64,000 nt of DNA from the IMG/VR virus record IMGVR_UViG_3300037258_001195, positions 28,988 to 92,987 of that record, one strand, 5' to 3'. The position numbers and the translations under genes are program-made. Below the pieces are notes generated by a model. The model searched no databases. It was not told the DNA's origin and saw nothing but the letters and a program-made list of their open reading frames with translations. Shown one piece after another: positions 1 to 10,092 of this stretch. Numbering within the stretch: the stretch's first letter is position 1; each line of letters begins with the position of its first letter. Source of the stretch: a virus.

Positions 1-63
1 CATCGGTTAACCGTATTGCCGCCCCGATAAAACCGTTGGGAATGGTATAATTGCTGGTCATAT

Positions 64-603
64 CTACTCTCCCTTCTCTGCTTTCTTGCGGCGCTCAATA
101 ATCTGATCGCCCTCGTCGAAGATATCCTGGAGTTTCTTCGCCAGATCAGAATCAACCGTCATTAGTTCGTCGAGTGGAAATGGCGTGATCGGCAACGCGA
201 GCGCGGCCTTTATACGGACATCGGCGCCCCACACCAGGATATTGTCTATCATATGGCGCAACTTAGAATTTCCCTTCTCACTCAACCTAACCGATTCAAT
301 CAGCTTAGACACATCATCGCGTAAATTCACGATAATCCGCTCATTCCGCTCATCAGACTCAATTCGCCATTGGCGCTGCTTGTCTGCGTCGCGTTGGAGG
401 TTGTCGATGAGCCGTTGCGTGTCTTCCGAAAGCTGTTCGTGCTTAATATTTTCCGCTTCTTGCCTTCCAACGAAAATTCTCTGTAAAACATTCAGACGAC
501 TTAATAACAGAAATATCGCCCCGAACACCAGTGCCCATATCCAGCCGAATTTATCGACCAAACTTCCTAGCGCGTTCCATCCCTGATCTTCCATTTCGGC
601 CAC
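64..603 (-). CDS. Membrane-anchored coiled-coil protein of the lysis module (holin/spanin-like)
   Basis: One N-terminal TM helix (WIWALVFGAIFLLL) followed by coiled coil; lies just downstream of the tail tip. Confidence 0.5.
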   Translation of the reverse strand: MAEMEDQGWNALGSLVDKFGWIWALVFGAIFLLLSRLNVLQRIFVGRQEAENIKHEQLSEDTQRLIDNLQRDADKQRQWRIESDERNERIIVNLRDDVSKLIESVRLSEKGNSKLRHMIDNILVWGADVRIKAALALPITPFPLDELMTVDSDLAKKLQDIFDEGDQIIERRKKAEKGE

Positions 604-606
604 ATC

Positions 607-1026
607 TTAGGACTTGAACATAGACGCAACGTAGAGATTTCCCCCGATCATAAGAACACACGGCCAAGACAGGAGTAATAGTCCCGCCGCCACAACGGAC
701 ACGCCAATGTAAATCCAGACAATTCCCGAAGCAACTGCTGCTAGACGAGCACATGGACGTGCAATCTGAGTAACAAGCGTTGATAGTTGAAATATACCGA
801 CTAGGAGAAGTGACAAGAACCACGTCAATGGAATAGCAATAGCAGCAAAATGGGGAATCTTCAACAAATAATCTCTCATCGCCATCCCTTCGGGAAATAG
901 CAAAAACGTAAATGCCATCCCCAAAGAGCCAACAGTCAAAAGCCACTCAATCGAGCATCGCGACAACGCACACGGACCTAATTTATCTCGTGGCATGATT
1001 GCCTCCCCAATCGCGGTCATATACAT
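607..1026 (-). CDS. Multi-TM membrane protein, holin-like
   Basis: About 4 hydrophobic segments; GAGGAGG RBS; position after the tail tip gene. Confidence 0.5.
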   Translation of the reverse strand: MYMTAIGEAIMPRDKLGPCALSRCSIEWLLTVGSLGMAFTFLLFPEGMAMRDYLLKIPHFAAIAIPLTWFLSLLLVGIFQLSTLVTQIARPCARLAAVASGIVWIYIGVSVVAAGLLLLSWPCVLMIGGNLYVASMFKS

Positions 1027-1037
1027 CCTCCCTCAAC

Positions 1038-3401
1038 TTACGACGTTCCAGCTAAGTTGCCGGTCAAATTTGCCAACGTAGCATCAGTTCGATTCGGGAC
1101 AATCGAAAGAATATCACCGGGAACAAAACTCTCAGCAGTTCCGGTAAAGGTGGCATCTGTATCGGTGGCAAGAATAGTCATGGTGCCGAAATTAGTCCCA
1201 TTCTTATTTATATCAAATGTTGTATCTGCCGTTGCAGCGGTTCCCGCCGTACAGACGCTTCCGGAGAGATTTAAGGGAAAATTGTCCGCTGCCCCGAAAG
1301 TATAATTTAAAATCGGCGTTCCACTATGCGGAATTCCACCGAACGAGAACGGAATATTAACCGGATTGACTCCGCCCGCTCCCGTCAACGTGTACGTGAA
1401 GGCGGTTACTGTTGATAGGTCCTGGGTTGAATTCAAAAACTCATTGAAGCTCTGTAGTTTCACGAAAATTGTTGACCCAACAAGGTTGGAATTATAGTTA
1501 TATTTCACAACGCCAATTGGATCGGTTTGAATTCCAATATAAGCAAATTGCGACCCGCTAGAGTGCGAGCCAGGAGTGGTCCCAAATAGACCCCTATACA
1601 AGGTCGTAATGTCATATTTCGACGTAGCTGTTAAAGTTGCTGTTTCATACGAGAGCAATTCTTCATCGCAATAACACAACGTAACCCCGCTCGCAGCATC
1701 GCTAGACGAGGCAGATGTAATCACCCCGTTGCTTTCAGAGATATCAATTTTCAACGTATGTGTCGTATCAGGATTCGCGCCACTATGCGCTAGGAGCGCT
1801 GCTGTTAGGACTCCCTGCCTGAGCCCTGTATAAAGTGTCCCAATATTAGCATACGTACTGCCATCGGTCGAGACATTAACAATACAGCCACCCCAATCTG
1901 GACCACCTGAAGCACAAATCCACGCTTGGTTCTGCCCCGACGACAGCGGCGCATTAGGCTCAAAGATAATCGGAGAGTTTGTATCCCCCGGGTCGACAAA
2001 CACATTTGGCGTCTGAGAGCTTGGTGGAGACATAGAAAACACCGGCGTACTTGACACAACTGTCGGAATCTCTTCCGCCTCGAAGCTCAACTCTCCATTG
2101 TCGTTTTCACTAATCGACGTAATTCGCACCGGTGTATTAGACAACCCCGCATTGACATCGGTTAATTCAACGATATCCATTGGGTCCAGAAGCGCGAATA
2201 TCCAGCCCAATTGAAACTTATATGTGTTTCGGACGTTTTGTTTTCTTTGCACCTGGATTGTTGCCGACGCAAAAGCCGACACTAAATTCGTCATAGAATG
2301 GGCTTCTTTTGTCGCCTCATTCCTGACTCCCGGCCCACCCGTCTCCGCCGCAACGCTGTCGATGGCCCCTTGATCGAAAAAATTGGTAATATTCGCGTTA
2401 TAGGAGTTACTTGAGTCCAGGTACTCAAGTGCTAACCAATTAGTCGCTAATGTTGGATCACTTCGAGTTGTAATAACCGGATCGCTATCGCCGCCCCAGT
2501 CAATAAAATCCCGATCCGAGAGAGTATATTGAACAGTTAGATTTGGGGTCCAAGATCCTCCAAATCCACTATACGGCGACACAGCATATGGAACAACCTT
2601 TAACAATGCACTGGACCAAAATGGCGCCGCTACTGTAAGATCGCAAATCTCCTCTATCCAACGGGCGGCTGGCTGGCATCGGTCGAGAATCATCGACATT
2701 GCCAACCCGGCGGCCTGACAGTAGTTGCCAAAATCTGCCAGTGTCCCTGCACTATCGACATTCGCCGCTGGAAATCCTGCACCATACCTAGCATTCGTGC
2801 ATAGATCAACTATGATCCCAGACGGTCGGGCGTCGTCGGGAAAACTACTCCCCATCGATCCCGCAAGAGTTCCAGTTATTTCAAAACTAACATTCGGGAG
2901 CGTTGGCGCTTGACCGAGCTGAAGCGGCGTTCCGGTTACGTAGCACGTTCCCGAATATCCAATAACAGGTTGATTGGGATCTTTTGCCACAAATGTCGAA
3001 TCTGCCGCCTGCCCATCTGACCCGCCGTATGCATTTAAGCCAACCGCACCAGGTCCATAGGCAATTCCGTCATTGGCCCAAATTCGATTTTCCCCTCCAA
3101 CTCCATATTGCGCGCCGGTAAAGCCGGCTGGACCTTGACAAATTCCAAACGCAGTGTAGACAGAATACGTCGCCGCCTTTTTCCCACCAGACTTTCCGAT
3201 CGCTCCGCCTTTACCGCCCTTAGACCCGGCGCCGTTGAAGTCCCAAAGTTCAAGAACATTAATTGAAACTCGTTGCGTACCATATACGATTGGAAGGGGT
3301 TGACCCTGTTGGGACGTATTGTATCTGAGGCTGCCAATTGCCGGCTCCGCGAAAGCATTAACAAACGGCGTTGGCGCGCCACCTTTCCCGACCTCAGGCA
3401 T
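1038..3401 (-). CDS. Tail tip / host-specificity protein (Phage-tail_3, GTA megatron-like)
   Basis: GQPLPIVYG N-terminus, PNVSFEI and LDPMDIVELTD motifs; follows NlpC/P60. Confidence 0.85.
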   Translation of the reverse strand: MPEVGKGGAPTPFVNAFAEPAIGSLRYNTSQQGQPLPIVYGTQRVSINVLELWDFNGAGSKGGKGGAIGKSGGKKAATYSVYTAFGICQGPAGFTGAQYGVGGENRIWANDGIAYGPGAVGLNAYGGSDGQAADSTFVAKDPNQPVIGYSGTCYVTGTPLQLGQAPTLPNVSFEITGTLAGSMGSSFPDDARPSGIIVDLCTNARYGAGFPAANVDSAGTLADFGNYCQAAGLAMSMILDRCQPAARWIEEICDLTVAAPFWSSALLKVVPYAVSPYSGFGGSWTPNLTVQYTLSDRDFIDWGGDSDPVITTRSDPTLATNWLALEYLDSSNSYNANITNFFDQGAIDSVAAETGGPGVRNEATKEAHSMTNLVSAFASATIQVQRKQNVRNTYKFQLGWIFALLDPMDIVELTDVNAGLSNTPVRITSISENDNGELSFEAEEIPTVVSSTPVFSMSPPSSQTPNVFVDPGDTNSPIIFEPNAPLSSGQNQAWICASGGPDWGGCIVNVSTDGSTYANIGTLYTGLRQGVLTAALLAHSGANPDTTHTLKIDISESNGVITSASSSDAASGVTLCYCDEELLSYETATLTATSKYDITTLYRGLFGTTPGSHSSGSQFAYIGIQTDPIGVVKYNYNSNLVGSTIFVKLQSFNEFLNSTQDLSTVTAFTYTLTGAGGVNPVNIPFSFGGIPHSGTPILNYTFGAADNFPLNLSGSVCTAGTAATADTTFDINKNGTNFGTMTILATDTDATFTGTAESFVPGDILSIVPNRTDATLANLTGNLAGTS

Positions 3402-3886
3402 CAGGCGTCCTTAAACGGAGAGTAAAACCGCCGCTCTTTCGTCACCAACGCAGCAAGCCTCTCCGCATCGACCTCAAGAACTTGTCTAGCTCCAATCCAC
3501 GCATGGACAATATTCGGCCATTCAGTCACAATTCCCCCATGAGAGAACAATCGGCCGAACTTATATAGGACTATATCCGCCGGCCCTGGCACCTCAACGC
3601 GTTTCGCAAACGTCTCAACAATAGACAAATACCATTCCTCATCGCGATGAATGGCGAAATCGGGAGAGTAGTGTTTTAGTTTATAATCCAATGGCATATA
3701 GCCATGCGCCCCATAGACGGCAATTAGGAGCTGACCACAATCCACGCCGGCCCCAAGGACTCGCGCCTCGTGATGAAAGCTAGTCCCAATCCACTTTCGC
3801 GCCTCAGAGATAATTACCTGCCGTTCAAGGGAAATCATATCTAACCTCGCATTATAAAGCATATTCGGGCGGAGGGACATAATCAA
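3401..3886 (-). CDS. NlpC/P60 tail-associated peptidase
   Basis: ARKWIGTSFHH..GVDC (catalytic Cys), HGGI, HA; true start may be slightly downstream. Confidence 0.9.
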   Translation of the reverse strand: MIMSLRPNMLYNARLDMISLERQVIISEARKWIGTSFHHEARVLGAGVDCGQLLIAVYGAHGYMPLDYKLKHYSPDFAIHRDEEWYLSIVETFAKRVEVPGPADIVLYKFGRLFSHGGIVTEWPNIVHAWIGARQVLEVDAERLAALVTKERRFYSPFKDA

Positions 3887-4826
3887 AGCCGCCGTAAAAA
3901 GCTAGATTATTCAACGTCCCTTGACAAAAGCTCGCCTGATGCGTACAGCCGGGAAGAAGCTGGAACAAGTCCCCCACCATAACCGGATACGGGAAGCCGC
4001 GAAGTAATCCAACTATTGTTGGGATTCCCACGCTTTGAATTCCGCGCGAAATGCCGGTGTTTTGCCCCGAAAGTCCAGTGCAGGTTCCAAGGGCCATGTA
4101 CGATGGAACCCCAATGGCGTTAATAATATCCGTTTGAGACGACCCAGCAACGGCCTCTATATTAAACGCGCCAACTCCGGTCGGTGTCCCGTTGCCATTA
4201 TTTCCCGTCACCCGGTCAAATTTACACATAGCATCCCCGAAGATATGCGTACAGCCGCTTTGAAACAACCTCCGTGGCATCTGCTGTTGTTGGAGCAAAT
4301 TAATATACGACTTAATCTTCATCTTAATCACACTGCGGCTAATATCAATGTCCGCGACTTTGCCATAAAACCAAACAATACAACCGAGGTCGGAAACTAA
4401 AGGTCCCGCGAACCCGTCGCCTCCGGTTGGGATAAAAAATCTATCTACCTCGACCGTTGCCCCGTCAAATCCTCCCGCCTGGGCGAATTGCTGCCAGGTT
4501 AGAGTTCCGACCATATCCGCTGATTCAGCCGTCGTACTACCGGCAGCGTAGACGTCTAAGTCTAATTCTGCGGGCTCAATTCCCACTTTCGTGTTAACTT
4601 TTGTCCGCCCAAATCGCGGTCCGCGTGAGAATATGACATTTCCACTCGCGGCATAATTTAAGGGCGATCCGGGAAAATTCGTGGCTGGAATTGTTAGTGT
4701 CGATAATGGATAATCACATTGACGAAGAACAATCCCTCCCGCAAGCGCAAACGTATATAAGTCACACAACACAACCGTGTCGTTGGAATTGAGATAATTA
4801 ACCAGCGCTGTCAAGGCAGGCTTCAC
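3852..4826 (-). CDS. DUF2163 / BR0599-family tail hub protein
   Basis: GGFDGATVEVDR, C.H.FGD..C, PGC....C, YGGFDYVP; GTG start overlaps the upstream stop. Confidence 0.85.
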   Translation of the reverse strand: MKPALTALVNYLNSNDTVVLCDLYTFALAGGIVLRQCDYPLSTLTIPATNFPGSPLNYAASGNVIFSRGPRFGRTKVNTKVGIEPAELDLDVYAAGSTTAESADMVGTLTWQQFAQAGGFDGATVEVDRFFIPTGGDGFAGPLVSDLGCIVWFYGKVADIDISRSVIKMKIKSYINLLQQQQMPRRLFQSGCTHIFGDAMCKFDRVTGNNGNGTPTGVGAFNIEAVAGSSQTDIINAIGVPSYMALGTCTGLSGQNTGISRGIQSVGIPTIVGLLRGFPYPVMVGDLFQLLPGCTHQASFCQGTLNNLAFYGGFDYVPPPEYAL

Positions 4827-5113
4827 GACACGTCCCCGTCTATAATAGCTCCTGTCCAACCGCAAGGCGGCGGATGTAAGATCCAACCTTTTACGCTTAA
4901 GGTCGAGAAATCATACCCTGATACGGAATATCTGCTTTGGGGAAACGCCAAGGCGTCGAGTCCCTCATACCAAATCACAATCATCCCACCGCATCGCGGA
5001 CAATTGAACGAAAATCCATTCGCCAAAACTGCATCAATGACACGATCATAATGCAGACTATGAGCCTGTCGACGAAATCGAAGAAATTCCGGACGAAATA
5101 ATTCTAATCTCAC
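4823..5113 (-). CDS. Small Cys-containing protein (DUF6527-like) inserted between the distal tail and hub genes
   Basis: FNCPRC ... CGWTGAIIDG; coupled at both ends by GTGA overlaps. Confidence 0.5.
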   Translation of the reverse strand: MRLELFRPEFLRFRRQAHSLHYDRVIDAVLANGFSFNCPRCGGMIVIWYEGLDALAFPQSRYSVSGYDFSTLSVKGWILHPPPCGWTGAIIDGDVS

Positions 5114-5733
5114 AGCAACACCGACTGAAGTTTCAATTCCTGCAACGTCCAAAGTTGCCGCATGAATTGTTCGAAATCCTCCGTATCATCGGCGAATCGA
5201 CAGATAAAGTAGAAACTAAATGTTGCAGTAATAGATGCATTGTTCGGGGGAGCGGTTGTAAACGTGACCACGCCAGTTCCAATGTTCACGGTATAGTCGG
5301 TAACCGCCAACCCATTTACATATATACCCTCAATGACATTTGGAGCCAAAATGGGCTCCGTGAACGACGTTCCTCCATAGTACGTCATAGTCCTGACAAG
5401 TTGAAACGCCGTGAACGTCCCATTTCCCACACCAATCGGCTGCATAGCAATATAATTGTCCGTTTCATCATTAAATAGAAACGGCGACAATGATCCTTGT
5501 TGGGCCATAAACAGGCCCATAAGGACACGTAATTCATCAAATTTATTCTTGTATAATTTTGGCCCCAATCCCCGCAGAAAGTCAAACCGCAATTTAAACA
5601 GCCAAGTTGGAACTGGTTGATATGTCAGCCTAAGCTCCCTACCACTGACACCTTTTTGGGTCTTAGTTTTGAACTGCGGGGATTTTGTTGTACTGTACGT
5701 CAATCCGGGGAGTGTCGGAAATATTACAGCCAC
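5110..5733 (-). CDS. DUF2460 distal tail protein
   Basis: FPTLPGL, SGRELR, IGVGNG..TAFQLVR, CRFADD. Confidence 0.9.
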   Translation of the reverse strand: MAVIFPTLPGLTYSTTKSPQFKTKTQKGVSGRELRLTYQPVPTWLFKLRFDFLRGLGPKLYKNKFDELRVLMGLFMAQQGSLSPFLFNDETDNYIAMQPIGVGNGTFTAFQLVRTMTYYGGTSFTEPILAPNVIEGIYVNGLAVTDYTVNIGTGVVTFTTAPPNNASITATFSFYFICRFADDTEDFEQFMRQLWTLQELKLQSVLL

Positions 5734-5756
5734 GGGCAGAGCCTTTCAGACGTGCG

Positions 5757-6269
5757 TTACTTGGATGTCGGGCTCGGCGCAGTTCCATCGTCGAGTAGCG
5801 GCCCAAGGTCGGCGAGCGTGTCGGCGGGGATCGGGTTGTCCTTCTGAAGCTGATCCGCCGGGAGTCGAAACAGATTCATCATCTCGGCAACTCGCTTCTT
5901 CAACAGCGCCGTAGCGTCGGCCTGCGCCTTCGCGGGATCGAGTTTGGCGACACTCTGGATGTTGCTGAGCGCTGCGTCGGAATCCTCGACCGCCGGTTTC
6001 AGCGCGTTGAGATCATGTGCGATCCACAGCGTCAGGCCAGGACCGAACTTATACGGCTCACTGACGACGTGCTCCTGCCCACCATCCTTCACCGTCCGAT
6101 CCTGCTTGCCGCCGAGCGCCCGGAGTGCCTGGAACGCCGACCGCGCTTCGCCATAGGTCATCGGGATGTTCTGAGCCCCCGACGCAGGTGTGGATGCGGG
6201 TGCTACGTCATTGGCGTAGGCAGTCGTCGCCAGGAACGATAGGGCCGCCGCGAGTATAACCCGGTTCAT
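5757..6269 (-). CDS. Signal-peptide protein, tail-fibre chaperone-like
   Basis: GGAGG RBS; MNRVILAAALSFLATTAYA|N; helical body ending NPIPADTLADLGPLLD. Confidence 0.55.
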   Translation of the reverse strand: MNRVILAAALSFLATTAYANDVAPASTPASGAQNIPMTYGEARSAFQALRALGGKQDRTVKDGGQEHVVSEPYKFGPGLTLWIAHDLNALKPAVEDSDAALSNIQSVAKLDPAKAQADATALLKKRVAEMMNLFRLPADQLQKDNPIPADTLADLGPLLDDGTAPSPTSK

Positions 6270-6643
6270 CACTTCACCTCCAGATGCGTACCGGAAATAA
6301 TGCACTGTCCCTGCCATTCGATGAGACAGCGTTTTCCGTTCCCGACTTTGATTATAGCAACGACAGCGGGACGGTCGGGATGTGGGTCGCTTGTAAGATC
6401 GATGACGAGTCCGTTTGGCGCGATTGCTTGAGCCTCCCCCACCTTTAGCGCAAATGACATCCCCGTATCGAAAGCGCCATTCAGCGGCTTGTCGATCATG
6501 ACTGGTTTATACGCAGGAGTATTGGTGGATTCCGCGCCTACCACATTCGTCCAATCTGGCCAGCTCGGTATCTTATCGATAGATTGCGCGAACGCCAGCA
6601 CCGGCACCGAACAAAGCAAACTCGCCAAGATTAACTTACGCAT
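6269..6643 (-). CDS. Signal-peptide protein of unknown function
   Basis: GAGAGGGG RBS; MRKLILASLLCSVPVLAFA|Q; C-terminal Cys pair. Confidence 0.65.
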   Translation of the reverse strand: MRKLILASLLCSVPVLAFAQSIDKIPSWPDWTNVVGAESTNTPAYKPVMIDKPLNGAFDTGMSFALKVGEAQAIAPNGLVIDLTSDPHPDRPAVVAIIKVGNGKRCLIEWQGQCIISGTHLEVK

Positions 6644-6754
6644 GATTTTCCCCTCTCGTAGGAATGTTTCTCTCGCGCTTTGGATCGGCATGGCGCGACG
6701 CGTCGAGAGTGCCGCGTCTGGGGAATGACCCCTGCCATGCCGACTGGAATTTCA

Positions 6755-9478
6755 TCAACCGCCAACCCATCCCGACGTGTTCCGAAAGGCGAGGCACGCC
6801 ACCGAGCCGCCGCCGGTGAATGTCCCACCGAAACTCGGGCACGATGTAAGTTGGTCGGTGACGTAGGCGATATCGCCAGCAGCTCCCGTGGGAAGCGATG
6901 CTACGGCAAAGCCCTTAAGCCGAGCGAGCGAACCGAAAACAATCTCTCCCGTGCCTTTGCCATTCAGTCCCAAGGCGATATTGGTGTCGCTGCCAACGGC
7001 CTCTATCTCGACCGGACTGCCTGCGTGGGAGGCAACGAATGCGGGATAATTCGCATTGGCAATTCCCCCACCGCCGCCCGCGAATTCCGCGAAATTTCCT
7101 AAACTAGTGGTATTATCTACTGTACTATATGATGTGATAAAAAAGTTGGCACCGTTCGTCACTCCGAGAGTGGCGGTAGAATGGCCCGCGCCGACGCACA
7201 GGTTGTTGCCCTCAAGCATGCAACCACTTATCGTCAGATTACCGCCGGAAGCCAGGTCGATTCCGGTCGCGATTGTGCTGGCACTGGGTACTACAGCAGC
7301 CATTAACGAACTGGTCGTGGTTAAGGGCCATTGCTGATCTGAGCCCCCGACGAGGATTGCCTGGTTAACCGATGCCCCCGACTGGATCGAAGTGATCCAT
7401 ATTCCAGCACATTCGCTGTAAACGTTCGTGCAGCCGACATCGCCGTTCCACAGGGCAAGCGTGAGGCCGACCTTGTGTTGCGAGAAAACGTTCGCTTGCA
7501 GCCCGTAATCAATCTCAAGCCCCTCGACCGAGTGAAGATAAGCGTTGCCGCTGGCTGGAGTTTTCCCAAGCTCTTGAATTCCGAGACCGTAAAAATCCCC
7601 GATCCCATTGCCGCTGCCAGAAGTTCCCCCAAGATTCACCTTGATCGTTTGACTGAAAAGCGCCTCCGGCCAGTAAGCGTTTCCGTTGACTTGCGAGCCG
7701 CCGGCATTATCGATTGTCTGGTTAAGCGCCAAGACTGAACCAGATCCCTCCCACGAGCCACTCAACGTCATATCGATTGACAGGCAATTTACGGCATCAG
7801 GGCTGCTCACGCCGATTGTCGGCGCGCTGACGCTCGACGTACAGCGGATCGCGTTGATGGGCTGCGTGTATCCTTGCGTCAACAGGAGCGCGGTGCTGAT
7901 CGTCGAATCTCCGGCGAGCGACGACACGTCGTAAAAGCCGGTGTTCGCCGCCCCGAACGCGCCCGAGATCGTAATCGCCGGCGCCATCGCAAGATTCGTC
8001 AGCGGCGTCGTCTGGCCGAGCGCCGCGTCGTCGATCGTACCACTGCTGGCCGTAAGGTTCGGCGTTTTAGTGCCAACCCCAGTCATTACCGAGACATTGC
8101 CCGTTGCAGTATTGGTGATGCTAGTCTTACTACTAAGTCCAACAATATTAAGATAGCCCCACGCTCCACCCTGAACAACTACGGCACCGCCGACTTCCAC
8201 ATTCGACACCGAAGCAATAGAATTCACCGCACCATCAACCGTCAACGTCCCTGAAATATACAGATTCGCGAGATTTAGTGCATCGTATTGAACAGCCGGA
8301 AGCGTGAAGGATGAGACGAAAAGGAAATCATCGTGAAAATTATCTTCAGTCATTACCGACGCTCCTATGTCAAACATAGGCAATGTCGGCGCATTTATAG
8401 TCGTATTGGCAACATTAAGCCTGAAAGGCGGCATGGTAGCGTCACTATGAATAATGGCAACGCCATTTCCAAGCGACATATCCACAACACTATCATCGAG
8501 AGTAATAATGCCGTCTATATATGAGGCAACATTGTAATAGTCAATAAAATAATCCGGAGACTGACTTCCCAGATTATATTGGCAATTTGTGCAGATAATT
8601 CCATTCGGATTGGTTCCGGTAATTCCCCAAAATGAAATCGAGGTTGCCTGATCGCCGCTCCCATTCAGTCCAAATCGAGCATTACTGATATATAGCTCTG
8701 GAAAACTATCATCAATAGTATGGCGACCGGTTAGGTTCCAAGTATATAAGTTATTACAATGTGCCGATACTCCATTTTCCCATTCAAATCCATTAACGGC
8801 ATTATAGGCCATGAGATTGTTGCAGTGGGAATTATTTCCCTGAAACGCGATTCCGGTTGCGCTTCCGCTGGGCGTTCCAGCAAAGGAGACAAGCAAGTTT
8901 TCGACATTGCCGCCGGCAGCAGTTGCCCCCGACACCCCGAAAGTTGCACAAACGCCTGTTACTGTATCATCGCAGATAATATGCGGTCCAAGGGGAGTAT
9001 TAGTCGGGGTAATTGCTGATCCCCCGCGCACAATTGCCGACCCAAAAGCAAGTGCAAGACTAGACCGAAATGTAAGAGACGGGATAATAATCGGTGCAAC
9101 ATTCGCAGCAGAATATGCAATAGCCTTGACAATACTCGCGTTCGCGTCCGTGCTTCCGCCTGGTACTGCCCCGAAATCACGAATGTCTATTCCGAGGGGA
9201 TCAGGGTTAGCCTCCCACCGTCCGGTTGCAGGATTAGTTGCCGGCTTTATGCAACTACCTCCATCATCGGTGCACGACGACGCCCCCTTCCAATTAAATT
9301 GAATAGCGGGCGAATCACCCGATGTCGCAAATCCCGTTCGAATTACTTGAGTATATTGTCCTGGAATCAGCGCGCGGAGGGCTGTATTGCTTTGAATTTG
9401 CGGAACTGAAACGGGGTCGGCATGGGCTGCGAACGCAAATAGGCCAGTAAACAAGATGCTTGCGAGTATTTTACGCAT
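6755..9478 (-). CDS. Tailspike-like beta-helix protein (pectate-lyase-like) with an N-terminal signal peptide
   Basis: DIRDFGAVPGG..DANASI..AI motif typical of beta-helix tailspikes; G/S/T/N-rich; MRKILASILFTGLFAFAAHA|D. Confidence 0.75.
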   Translation of the reverse strand: MRKILASILFTGLFAFAAHADPVSVPQIQSNTALRALIPGQYTQVIRTGFATSGDSPAIQFNWKGASSCTDDGGSCIKPATNPATGRWEANPDPLGIDIRDFGAVPGGSTDANASIVKAIAYSAANVAPIIIPSLTFRSSLALAFGSAIVRGGSAITPTNTPLGPHIICDDTVTGVCATFGVSGATAAGGNVENLLVSFAGTPSGSATGIAFQGNNSHCNNLMAYNAVNGFEWENGVSAHCNNLYTWNLTGRHTIDDSFPELYISNARFGLNGSGDQATSISFWGITGTNPNGIICTNCQYNLGSQSPDYFIDYYNVASYIDGIITLDDSVVDMSLGNGVAIIHSDATMPPFRLNVANTTINAPTLPMFDIGASVMTEDNFHDDFLFVSSFTLPAVQYDALNLANLYISGTLTVDGAVNSIASVSNVEVGGAVVVQGGAWGYLNIVGLSSKTSITNTATGNVSVMTGVGTKTPNLTASSGTIDDAALGQTTPLTNLAMAPAITISGAFGAANTGFYDVSSLAGDSTISTALLLTQGYTQPINAIRCTSSVSAPTIGVSSPDAVNCLSIDMTLSGSWEGSGSVLALNQTIDNAGGSQVNGNAYWPEALFSQTIKVNLGGTSGSGNGIGDFYGLGIQELGKTPASGNAYLHSVEGLEIDYGLQANVFSQHKVGLTLALWNGDVGCTNVYSECAGIWITSIQSGASVNQAILVGGSDQQWPLTTTSSLMAAVVPSASTIATGIDLASGGNLTISGCMLEGNNLCVGAGHSTATLGVTNGANFFITSYSTVDNTTSLGNFAEFAGGGGGIANANYPAFVASHAGSPVEIEAVGSDTNIALGLNGKGTGEIVFGSLARLKGFAVASLPTGAAGDIAYVTDQLTSCPSFGGTFTGGGSVACLAFRNTSGWVGG

Positions 9479-9483
9479 TTCAT

Positions 9484-10092
9484 TCACCACCAATTCGTTC
9501 CGTCAAAATTAAACGTCTCTTTTTGCCCGCTAGTTACCAGCGCGAACGAAGCTAGACCGCGAATCGTTCCAGACGATGGAGTTATTGTGCACGGGTAAGT
9601 GCCGAAATTATTTCCTGTGTCGATGAAAGCCACATTACTATTTGTGCTGTAATCAGACTTTAAAGTTACCGTAATCGGCGCTGACGATGTATTATCCACA
9701 TACACAGTCGTATATGGATGGTCAATAGTTTCATTCGTATGAATGGTAGTTGCAAGACCTATTGTGGTTCCGCTGGAGATGGCAACCCAAACCGCGTTGC
9801 CAGGAGTAACTCCCGCGCTTACACAAATATATAAGCTCTCGGTATCTGTATTATACCACAACGACCCCGCGCCGAAAAGCTGCGTGTAGTCGTTATCTGC
9901 GGTTGGACTAGAATCCGAAACGTTATTTCGTTGATTTAAGACATAACAACCGATTGCAATGAGGAACGCGACATCAATTACGTTCGCGTTGTAGATTAAC
10001 TGATATATATCAGAGGCATAGATATTTCCACTGGGGCAGCCTATTGTCTGCTCTGCCGATGGTGTCCAAATGAAAATGGTTGGTCCAGCCAT
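9484..10092 (-). CDS. Virion fibre/adaptor protein with a C-terminal T4 gp9/gp10-like domain
   Basis: PTADND..GSLWYNT repeat and VDNTSSAPITVTL...FDGTNW C-terminus. Confidence 0.55.
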   Translation of the reverse strand: MAGPTIFIWTPSAEQTIGCPSGNIYASDIYQLIYNANVIDVAFLIAIGCYVLNQRNNVSDSSPTADNDYTQLFGAGSLWYNTDTESLYICVSAGVTPGNAVWVAISSGTTIGLATTIHTNETIDHPYTTVYVDNTSSAPITVTLKSDYSTNSNVAFIDTGNNFGTYPCTITPSSGTIRGLASFALVTSGQKETFNFDGTNWW

